A stretch of DNA of 64,000 nucleotides. It comes from Laetmonice hystrix. Taxonomy: Eukaryota. Position numbers and translations under genes: made by a program. The stretch spans positions 52,080,001-52,144,000 of the forward strand of contig OZ249437.1 of assembly GCA_965235115.1 (NCBI GenBank), given 5' to 3'. The notes below the pieces were generated by a model. That model was not told the DNA's origin and did no database searches. It worked only from the letters and a program-made list of their open reading frames with translations. Within the stretch, counting starts at the first letter, position 1; every line of letters starts with the position of its first letter. This document shows, in pieces, positions 27,357-38,368 of the stretch.

Positions 27357-27496
27357 CAGAGGCGAATCATGGAATTCTAGATAGTGCGGCCCTTTTTTTC
27401 TGCCTCGGTTTAATGTCAAAATCTAGTAGCATGCAGGTTATTTTAGGTCATTTTTCAGAAATAAGGTGGCGGGGGCACCAACTAAATCCGCCGCTG
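27357..27496. mobile_element. Short member of the CAG(G/A)GGCG(G/A)ATC MITE family
   Basis: Ends are CAGAGGCGAATC and AATCCGCCGCTG. No clear TSD. Confidence 0.5.
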
Positions 27497-30400
27497 TTGT
27501 GTGTTATCCAACTTTTAAATAAGTAGTGTTCTAAGTCTGAATTCCGTTAATTTATGTACAATTTTAGTTGATCAAGTCACTGAAAACTTTAAATTCACAC
27601 ATGCTTATGTCATACGTCAGGAATTATTTTGCACCCTGAAATGGGACCTGGAAATTTAGAGAACGTCCTCTTGACTATCGACTTACTCAGGGTTCAGATA
27701 CGGACATTTCTTCGACACAATTCTTTTATTGTTTTTGGTGAGGAACGCCCCCCCCCCCCCCCCCATTTTATCACGACCTCCGGCCTCCCGAGTGTACCGG
27801 TGGCATGCTAGACATGTATCACATGTAAGCAACATCTCATGTCTGGGACTTCTAAGTCCCCTTTCTCAGTCTTGTGGTTCTTTAATGCCTCTTTAACACT
27901 ATCTTAAAACAGGGCTGTTTCTTATGGCAGGCCAAACGGTCAATTAACGCATTTTATGGGCTGTAACCGTTATCTGTGTAGGGCAGTGACGCTGAGCTGA
28001 TGTCGAAGGTCATGAAGGAAATCAATGTCATTTTGACTGGAAACAACTGGAACATTTTTCTCGAAGTGTTCTTAGTGAATCAGCCTTTCAGGTTTCACAT
28101 AGTCAAGTTGTTCCCTATATTGTTCGCCAATGGTTTAAATCTCCTGCAAATATCACCATTTTCTAATCAAAGCTATATGTTATTTAAGAAATCTATGCAT
28201 AAATGTGACCCTAGGATGAGTAAAGTACGATATCGAATTTTGACGCTAGAATTTCAGACAGGTAATACTAAAACGGTAGTGACTCGCACTTACTTTACCT
28301 ATCTTGATTCGCGTCACTTTCTTTGCACTGAATGGCAAAAAATGTGTGTATGGAACTTGCAACTTTAGTCTAAACCTAAAGTAACATGTCTTTAAAGCTG
28401 ATACAATTATTTGACAAAAGCATGCTAAATGTTCCAGGAAGTCGATGATTCGAGATTTTCCATACTAATGGCCTCAAAACCTCCATCAAAGATACACTAG
28501 AGTATGGAAGTAATAAACTGCTAATATGTTACTTTTGTTCAATACGAAACATAAAGAAGTGTAATTTGGTGGCTGTTAGCGTGAACTTTCCACTAAACTT
28601 ATTCATATTGACAGTGGGGTCTTTTCTGACTTATATGAGGCATCTAATGGGAATCCCAAACAGGTTAATGGTAAGTCCTTTCAGACCTCGTTAATGCAGC
28701 GCGGGGCGTTGGTGCCCTGGACGTTCTTAATGGCGTGGAAGGGATTTACATATTAATCACATTCGGAAGAAACTTTCTGATGTGAGGGCTTGTGGCCTTC
28801 TGAACGGCCTTGCATTACGACCTTCACAACCGAGGCCGTTACCAGATGATGTACATACGACAAGGAGAATCACCCAGCTATACTGAGTTTATAAAGAGTT
28901 GCATACCAGTGAACAAAACTAATTAACCAGATCATCTTATAAACACAATTGTATGATACTTGGAGTTCTTATTGAATGCTGTCAATAATTACTTCATTTT
29001 GGGTATTTTTCCTTGAGAAATTTGTGGGGGAAATCGGATATTTTCCATTGAATTGAAAAAGACGATCGTTTTTGAACATTAGTCAGGGCTGAAGAGGTCC
29101 CCAATGCGGCTAGTTGGTTGGTCTGATGTTCTGTGATAGATATAGTTTAGATCTCTTTAGCGCAGCTTAAAATTTAGTTTAAAATCTTAAAATTCAAAAT
29201 AAACTCCTGGTTTTTGTATACGAGCTCAATTTCTTATAGTGGCCTATGCCGGAAGTCTTCATTGTGTGAGGTCAGCAATGTGGTCCTCAATCCCCCCAAA
29301 AGAAACCCGGAGTCACGGACCCATATATGTTCCACACGAGACCTGGGTCACACCAACTTTAAGCCAGTCCATCATTGTGAAGGGCATAACCTGCTTTAAA
29401 ACCCCCGAACCCATCATCTCAGAGGCACTGACGCTGCCACACATAGAACTAGCCTATGCAAACATTATGTTGACAGCTCAGCACAGCCTTGACGTGACTT
29501 CAACAAACGGCCCTTTGTATAAAAACCCCCTGTCTGCTTCAAATCCGACAGTCGGCGCAACAAAATCTCTCTCTTCTATCAACCTGCCCGAGTGAAGTCC
29601 TTGTCCTAACCACCGTGACGCTGTAAACACTAGCGTTTGACTGCCCCCCATAATGTAAGGAAAGATTCAGCCTCTGACAGTCTCACGCCCTCGTGCGTTT
29701 TACCCGGTTGTTGTCACTGAGCCATAAACATATGTGAGCTCACCTCTTTTTGCCAGGTTAGGTTACCGAGGAGCGTTAACTGTCACAGGGAAACCAGGAG
29801 GGTTCCTTTCAACCGTGACATTTCACCAGGCAATTATGCCCTCTCAAGTGTTCAATATCCTAGGTCGGTGGGGTGGAGAGTGCACCTAAGAAAAGATGGA
29901 TATATCCCCAGGTGAGAATAAAAGATCTGCGTTGGTCAACTTTCACACGGATCTTTTTACGTGCTTGTCCCTTGGCAACGCGTCGTGCCTGACATGTGCA
30001 CGACACATGCTGCAAACCTTTCATGTTTCATGCTCTTGACTATACAACCATGACAACGCTGGCCTATCAAACAAGTGGCTTACTTTTAGGATGTACTTCA
30101 AAGCAAATGTTTGGCACAGAATAATACTTCGATGTCTCTGAAGAGGCTATTTCTTGATGCATGATTCCTTCTTTCTGGGATGGGGTGTTGATTGAGCTTG
30201 GGCAGCAGGGGGGAGGGGTATAGGTAAGGTCGTTCTTTGGACAGAAATCCTGTATAATAGGGCTCTCTATAGACATTAACCCTATACTGCAACTGTCCCT
30301 GGAGTGTCCTATCATACAATTTGCTGTTTGGGTTTAGACATGTTCTTTGCGCGGCAGCTCTGCACCATAGCGGTTATAATTAGATTTTCCTTTTTGAAAT

Positions 30401-33114
30401 TTCGAAATTACAATTAAGCAGCTTCGGAATAGTACCAGACTTTATAAATTTTGCTCATGAGCCTCGGTTGCATGTCTTCGGGAAGAAAAGACTATCCCAC
30501 TACAATATTAGTCAATATGTTATCATGATAGGCTATGCTTATTTAAGAGTAAACAATTTGCTAGTAGACAAGCATAACGTCACTTTGAAGAGCTCGAAAG
30601 TAGCTCAAATGAGACTCATTTATCTGCCTGTCCTCGTTAATGACACTATTGTACGGACAAATTACTTAAACGCCCGTCGACCTTTACATAAACTAGGTTT
30701 CTGATAATATTAAAGGCTGTTGGAGTTTACAAGGGCAAGACCATATGAAAACGGTGCAATAGGTGAATGCAATGCATGCGGTACCGCTCAGATGGCATCA
30801 GTTTGCAGAGCAATACACGTAATGTGTTTTCTATCAAATACAAATCAGTCCCTACTGTTATGTCAGGTTTAAGCGGAAACGTATAAGGGAATAGGTTAAT
30901 CTTCCACAATATGGAGTGTTATTCTCAAAATCTAAGTCTCGTAGAGGTGGCCATTACCTTTGGACTGGAACTTCTTAAAGTTCAATTGTTTCTTCAATGC
31001 CAACGGCGCTCAGCGCTGATTGAAACCTTTAGAATTCGTATATGAACTGTTCACGTTATCCCAATTTAGATGGCAGTAAAAGGATGCGCCATTAATGACA
31101 ATGTGGGGCAACTATAATATGCCTACATATGTCCAAAATACCACTGTATATGTAGGACAACATTCGAGTCCAAAATTATTTCTCTGCCGAGGAGTGCAGG
31201 CTGAGGGACACAGGTCCGGGTACGCGGGACGTTAAAGACACCCACCCGAAACAACGTCCTAATTATCCGTTTAACCCCTGACGGTTGGTGTGCCAAATGT
31301 TCCTCGTGGTGTTCTGGGGAATCCATGCAGGCGAAATATTATCTTCAAAACGTTACGATGAGCTGGTCTGTCTCCCAGGCCACAGTAAAAACGGGATAAC
31401 TTGTTTGTTGATATCTCATGCACGCAGTGGCGTATCCAGAAATTGGTTAGGGGGGGGGGGGCGAAGTTTACATACTTCAGAGATGGCCATAGGCCATGCT
31501 CCTCTGGGAAATTAAAAACAAAAAGACATCAAATAATGCAACATCGTTTGACATCTTTGACATCAGAGCGTCAATAGTTAATTTACATAATAGCCTAAAT
31601 AGACAGCTGCATGATACCGATAGTTTAAGGCATTGTAGTTAAAATATGTATGCTATACTGATGCTAACGTTGGATGGACTTCCTTATGTTGACATTTTCA
31701 CTTAGACTAAATTACACTGAGACAGTGTATCCACGTCTATGACTCAGAGGACCCGGTCTATACCAACACCATTATAGATACAGATCCCGGATCTGGATTA
31801 TCTCAGATTACCAGGACCGTAACCTAATTTTCCGTCCTAGATAGTCCCAGATTACATCGTGCTTGTCCTGGATACATATCTGTCAGTTGTCTTCAAAATA
31901 TGACAGGATGGTAAGGGTATTTGTTGATGGCTTTACTTCCCTTCAGCAACCGTTGGCCATCTTCAGTACGGGATCAATTTGTTGTTCTTTTTTGAAGTGA
32001 TATGTGCATGAGAAACCCGCACACCGGGTCAAGGCCGTACTCTTATCAATAAATGTCAAGGGTTCTTTTACGTCTTTGATAACTCAGTGCGGGGGCACTG
32101 GACTGTTAAGTACATAATGTTTTAAATGCATTCTCTATAGTTATTTAGTACCCCTCAATACATTTTACCCGATTGGTAACAGCCGGTTTTCGATCAGTCA
32201 GTTTTTCTGAACTTTCAATTAATGTTAGTACTCCAACAAAATGGTCCATTAATATTAGAAACACGAACCTTTTAAATCGATGGAGCTCTAATTTATCCTG
32301 ACGCATAAGGTCAATTAAACCATTAATTCTGAGACAAATCTCTTATTGGTATCCACGGTACCTCTGGTATATGATAAGGTCTGAATTATATGGTGCCGCA
32401 GAAAGAATACCAGCATCATCGAAATATAAACCTCAACCCATAAATAATAAAGCCGTCCTGTGAAATATACTTTCCATGGAATAAATAAGGTCTATTCCAT
32501 ATAATGCATCTAATCTCCTCAGGATTTTCACGAAACGAATACTATGCCATCTAAGAATAAAATGCTTGTATCAGGGAAACTATTTTTTAAACCGAACCAG
32601 CATATAGCATGCACGGTACAAATTATACATGACTCAACATTGCGTTTTTCATAATGTTATATTTGTTCCATAATTTCACCTTTGGGATAACCCCCCAGGG
32701 CTGCTGACTATAGGGCCAACACTGTGTGCGTGCATGGTTCATGCTGCGACACCTGTATCACTTGGCTGGGGAGTCAGGTATACAGATGTAAACAATAGCC
32801 AGGTATGCAGACATTGTCTGTGACTCAGCCCCAAGGTATCTGCCCCCTCCGCTCCCCCGGGTAAACATTACTGCACTATAGGTTTCCGTTCTACCCCGTT
32901 TACACCAGAGCTGCAGTTAGACTACAAGCAATCACCCCCATACCTTTAAGGTGATACTGACCACTTACTCCACACATACAGTCTGACACAACGCCGACTA
33001 TTAAAGATTCGTTTCCTCACTTTCAATTTGTGTGTATATTATCAGACATAATGGCATGATAAGTTATAGGCATATCTCGAGTGCTGCAGGTCTGGTGTTC
33101 CTATAAAAAATATA

Positions 33115-33736
33115 CTATACTCAAAACAAGTTCGGGATACATAGCTTCCAATTGGAATTGTGCTCGAAATATAGAAATGACAATACTTTTCATAAATTGT
33201 GAACGAAAGTATGGGTATGTTAGGTAAAACAAAATCCAAGTAATCTTGTCAAAGAACTGTATTGCAACGACACAAGAACAAAGTGGTTCACCACACACAC
33301 TCCAAAAACACTAATGTCTCAATATATTGTCATGTGACCATGAGCGTCAACTACAACTTGACACCGAAGTCTGGTGTCTTTGTTGGAGTCTGCTTATGAC
33401 ATTCTGTGAAACACCGATTTCATTGGCGACATCAGTCTGTCAATCTGCTTCCGGTTTGCAACCTTGCAATTTCCAGACAACGTTCTTCATCTGTGAGGTG
33501 TCTACGTTGCGCCATAATGTCACAAGTTACTGTGTATTGCTGCCATGTTCTCAATTTAAGGCAGACCCCTTGCCCAGGTACAGCTTATACTGTGCAACCA
33601 CTACCAGGTCAATGGATTCGCCAGAAATGCACTTAGAGAGTTAAATGAGTATTCTAGTAATGGAGAAGGGTCAATGTCAATACATTTATTATTATCACAT
33701 TCTTACTACTATATCCCTAACTTGTTTTGAGTGGTG
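33115..33736 (-). mobile_element. Tc1/mariner deletion derivative with transposase N-terminal HTH relic
   Basis: TA flanks and ~25-bp TIRs (C.A..ACTCAAAACAAGTT.GGGATA-type core). The minus strand reads MAQRRHLTDEERCLEIARLQTG then, after a frameshift, QTDVANEIGVSQNVISRLQQR, which resembles the Tc1 paired-like HTH. No DDE domain is present. Confidence 0.85.
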
Positions 33737-34884
33737 TAGATAAATTTTCCTCCAAGGGCTGCCATTTCACCAAACTTTCAACACACTCATGCATGTCCTC
33801 TGTTTCGAAGCTTTTTGAAAATAAATAATTACGCTTGCCTCTATTTCGCTGAAGGCCTACACACAGGCCTACAGTCTACAAACCTTCCACAATGTAGGCT
33901 TAACCAACCCTTTAGAGACAAGCCTATTGATATAAGGCCGCCTACCCGCCTATAGTTTGCCCGAAGGCTGTTCTGTTACTCGTAAAAATAACTGCTTTAA
34001 AACGATAAAACCACGTCTGTGAGGCCCGAAGAATGCAGGAAGTGCAATTCGAAAATTACCAAGGGGATCCCCAGGACCCCACAGAGATTTTGCATGCACC
34101 TTTATGGATCCCACTTCACTTGGAAGAATAAAATTTAACTTTGCTCCTTACCTCGAAGTACAGTTCTATGTATGTGAAAACCTTTGAAGGTCCTGCTGAC
34201 CACGCACACAATACGAAATGGATAGGCCTATAAATCCCTGCCTTGCCTTTCTGTCTCTCTGTGTTTCTCTGAGGCTGTTCTACCTCTGATACTGATCGAC
34301 ACCCGTCAGCCAGCCACCAACTCACTGAACAAGGCGACGCTGGAAAAGTTCCGCAATGACTCGTGGGGCCACGGAACCGACTCCGCCCACTGTTGAGTCT
34401 GCCGGGACAGATGTGGATGGAATGAGGGGAAACATTCACATAAACTTGACTGGGTGCCGACTGGGTCTCTGATACTGACAACGCCAGTCGCTAGGAGTCG
34501 CTACCCTCCGTCAACTGAAAGCTGGACCCACGGTGAGTGATGCTGGGGAGAGACACGTCGTACCTGCATGGACGGCATATCTACGGCTGTCACCAGGTGG
34601 GGCAGATTATTTTATTCGACAACCTGAATGAATGATCTGCGGAATTTTTAAAAGAGGGTAATTAAATAACTGGAATCATGAAAATATCTGGCACATCATG
34701 TGATGTGCAAGCCAGTGTATAAATTGAACTAAACCTTATAGTGTGCAGCAATTTGTGCCAGAAAAATTTACCTTTTTACGGAGCCTTGTTGGGGACATGA
34801 AGAAAAAAATCGTTTCAGAGAAATAATTTTCACTAAATCGTTATTACGAGTTATCGTGTTCGTTTCAGGGAACAAAACTTTGTG

Positions 34885-34968
34885 GTGATCTCGTAATAAT
34901 GACTTAGTTACGTCATTAACTCGTTATTACGACTTAATGACGTCACTAAGTCGTTATTACGAGATCAC
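34885..34968. repeat. Near-perfect inverted repeat (35-bp arms, 14-nt spacer)
   Basis: GTGATCTCGTAATAATGACTTAGTTACGTCATTAA pairs with TTAATGACGTCACTAAGTCGTTATTACGAGATCAC, with 2 mismatches. Confidence 0.9.
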
Positions 34969-35376
34969 AACAATTTCTTTTCTGAATTTGTCTTCTGAAC
35001 ATATTCTCCCAAATCTTTCAATGAAATTCCATTATTTTTTATGCATGAATAATAGAAAATAGACAAGAGTTTGGGAAATAACATTGGAAAATGGTATAAC
35101 TCTACCAATCCTTCGATTTCTCGTTTAACCATGCATACCATTGCAGCAATATCGGCCTACGCCTTGTCCATGCAGAGTTATTTAGCCATGCAGGGGTGGA
35201 TGCGTGGTACGGTCTTATGCCATTCATTATGTCACTGCTCTGGTTCCATTATGCCATCGTTTCCATTTAACGTTGTGACGCCGCTAGAGGCGTGGGACAT
35301 AGAATCTAGTCAAGATTGTCGTGACATTATTGGGGGGGGGGGGGGGGGGGCTACTGTAGCGCCCCTGGTGGCCTAG

Positions 35377-35460
35377 TTATTTATTTATTTATTTATAAAT
35401 TTATTTATTTATTTATTTATTTATAAATTTATTTATTTATTTATTTATAAATTTATTTAA
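35377..35460. repeat. (TTTA)n / ATAAAT compound microsatellite
   Basis: Direct reading of the sequence. Confidence 0.9.
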
Positions 35461-35520
35461 GACTAGGCCTAGGCTAGGCCGAGGCTTATTTATTTTGGAG
35501 GGAGGCCTTCAGGGGTGTAG

Positions 35521-35568
35521 CCCAGTCTCGGTAACGCCAGACGCTGAGGGTCTGGATGATCGAGACTG
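35521..35568. mobile_element. 48-bp hairpin mini-element with 8-bp TSD
   Basis: CAGTCTCG..CCAGAC..GTCTGG..CGAGACTG is flanked by GGGTGTAG at 35513-35520 and 35569-35576. Confidence 0.7.
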
Positions 35569-35762
35569 GGGTGTAGGCCTACAGTAGCCAGGATTTACGG
35601 GGGGGGGGGGGGGGCGAGACAGCCGCCCTGCAGTGGCACACTTTTTAAACACCTACATGTCTTTTGTATAATGAAAGTTCAATCTTTACTGGGGTCCTAG
35701 CCTAAACTCAGTTCTCTAGGACCGTCCGTTAGTGCAACTCCCCCCCCCCCCTGTTACGCCTA

Positions 35763-35796
35763 GCCATAGATGTGTAGGAGACTACACATCTATGGC
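35763..35796. repeat. Perfect 15-bp stem hairpin
   Basis: GCCATAGATGTGTAG-GAGA-CTACACATCTATGGC. Confidence 0.9.
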
Positions 35797-37372
35797 CTAG
35801 CCTATACGTTTGCGCGGGAACCTAGTCCGAAAAGGTCGGACTTTAGTTAACTCCTCTGTGGCGCCATTTAGGTGCAAAGCAGAGAACCTAGAGGCTAGAG
35901 ACATGAACCGCCGTATCACTTGCCAGGAAACTGTACGGAATATTGCAATAATTACTTAATTATATGACCCAAATTACTGAAGGTCTCATCCTATTGCCCC
36001 ACAGATTTTTGACTTTTAAGATACGATAGTTTCCCTCACAATGTCGCAAACGTGTCCTAGAGCCCATTTCTGGTAAATACAAAAGATACTACTTCCGGGT
36101 TAAGCGACGGGAACCAAAATCTGAACAAAAGTGGAATTTCTTATTCTTATGTAAACGTTGCAGGGGTTTGTTGGAAATGATGCCAAGGCTATGGTGTTTT
36201 GAATTCCGTAGTTCATCAAGGGAGCCATAGAAAGCCATGTTAGCACAACGGATTGAATCTGAAAGGTGCGTAAGTGCTTCGATCGCAATGCCAGTGATCG
36301 CAAGGAGAAGGAGGATTCTCCCAGATGCAGTGGCAGTGGGGGCGATGTCGGGGTGACTGTGACGGTGTGACACACTCACTGACTTAGTAAGCATGTCGAG
36401 TCACACACATTCAGTGTGACGAACATTGCCTTAAATCTTGTCTGGCATAGACCGGCTGCCAGATCCAACGTCTGCTCAGTGCTAAGTCTGAGAAGTTCTA
36501 TCCAGGTAGATTTTTTTACTTGGGCCTGGCCTGTGTAATTCCCGCAGGATTAAGTGTAACGTGTTAACGTTAGGGCAGGCTAGCTGTTACGAGTTACGCT
36601 TCTGTCACTGTCAGTCACTGTGTCAGGTCTCGTCAATCATTGCCAATCAGAGACAGGGGAGTTATTGGGACCATAATTATTCCATCTTGACACCCAGCAG
36701 GGCCAGTGTAGAGCAAATTTCATAATAATGATCTGCAGGCTACCGATTGTGTGACTGCCTTATCACAATATCTGCATTGCCTGATGTTTTACCTCGATCC
36801 ATTATAGTCATCATGCATCTATAACAAGCAAAGGCCCAGAGGTCATCGTGACATCAAATTTAGACCAATAAGTTGTAGGTCCCGTTTAAGATGGTGGCAG
36901 AGTATTATCCCAAATAGATCTACGCCCACAGATATATTCCCACAGGCACAGGTGAATGCCAGTTAGGTGATTAATGTGCCTGGCCCACTCACAATAATCT
37001 GGGATTCCCCACATGGCTAACTTGAGTAAACTTTAGTTGGGCCTTTACCTGTATGATGTAGGCCTGGTGTGGACAGAGGCCAACCTTGTGGTACAGGCCA
37101 ACATAAAAATGGAGCTTTTTGTAGTAGACTTACATCATGATTGTGAATGACAAATTTATAGTCATCATAAAGGAATGGTGTTGGCGAGACAGTTAAATGC
37201 TTTCGCAAACCTTTTTGCCATTTGTTCTGCTCCATCTCATTCAGTAGTGGGGCTGTCTAGTAGATTACACAAGCATTTCAACACGTTGGAGCTAGTTCTA
37301 CGTTGGCTCTATCCCACAGATTGCAGAGAAACTACACGTAAATCAGCCTTTGAATGTAATCAACACCCTAAG

Positions 37373-38368
37373 ATGGAAGATCAGCAACAGAAAGAGAAGC
37401 ATACATTTGGAGATTTTCCTGTTGGAATGATGAAACTCAATCCACCCCCTTCACTGAGGGCATTTGAACCTGAACAGCCATCGCCTGATGGCGATCCCGT
37501 TGGTCCTCATGTCATATTGGATAGAGATGATTTTTATGACAGTGGGATTTTCATTTCACCCTCTGATCTTTCACCTGAAATTGAACCACGAGAAACTGAT
37601 ACAAACTTGGTGCTGTTAGACAACAATTCAGTGACACAATCTTCACAGGTACGCCTTGGATCCAAGCAATGCTCCCTAAGACATATTCCGGCCTGTCTAA
37701 GTGACACTGCATTAGTCAGAGCAGGGAAGCAAAGACCTCCCAGCCAAGTGTCCACCATACAGGATTTGTTGAATCCTGTAACAGTGCAGGCAGATCGGAC
37801 TAATTTTGATAGTCTCTCAGCTGGACCTCCAGTGTTGGATCTTACCAAACTCATGATGCAACCTGTCAGGGCATCACCATCGCCTCCAACAAGAAAGAGA
37901 ACTGTGGCAAAGAAAACATCTGTTCTCCCGGATTCGCTCCTCCAAAAGGTGACTGCAGCTGTGAGGGACAAAACAAAGGCTGGTCTTGATCTATTAATGC
38001 GAAAAGTCACATCAGACTCGCAGGAGATACGTCCTGAATGTCAAGAAATTGAATTTACTGAAGTTGAATGTTGTTTGTCTCTTGGGTCAGACTCTTCTGA
38101 AGGTGAAGGCACGGATCAAACGGATTGTGTTACTGCACCAATGACAGAAGAAAAGACAGCAGATAATATTCCTACTAAAGCTGAGGATGAAAATTATTTG
38201 ATGGTCATTGAACCATTATGTGAAGAAAAGTGCCCAAAAATACTTGAAAAAAAGGCGAAGAAAGGAGCAAAGAGGAAAAAGAGAAGAGCTCCTGATGATG
38301 TGTCAGCAAAACGAGAAAAGAAAGAGCCACCAAATTATTTTGTTGCAGTTCAAATCACAAACCCACAG
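37373..38368 (+). CDS. AKAP7: AKAP7-like exon: long low-complexity N-terminus ending PPNYFVAVQITNPQ
   Basis: Lies within ORF 37175-38422. Acceptor is at 37319/20 and donor is CAG|GTATTA. Confidence 0.8.

Noticed and set aside
29239-29595. Possible second LINE relic (SAMWSSIP...EALTL)
   Set aside because: The similarity is too weak to call by eye.
30098-30319. Protein-like minus-strand ORF (LQGQLQYRVNVYREPYY...)
   Set aside because: Poor acceptor and donor context, no partner exons and no recognised homology.
36089-36394. Minus-strand 101-aa ORF as a divergent gene
   Set aside because: No downstream exons were found. The region is better explained as the promoter and 5' exons of the AKAP7-like gene.
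37534-38010. 158-aa antisense ORF
   Set aside because: It is the shadow of the AKAP7-like large exon.
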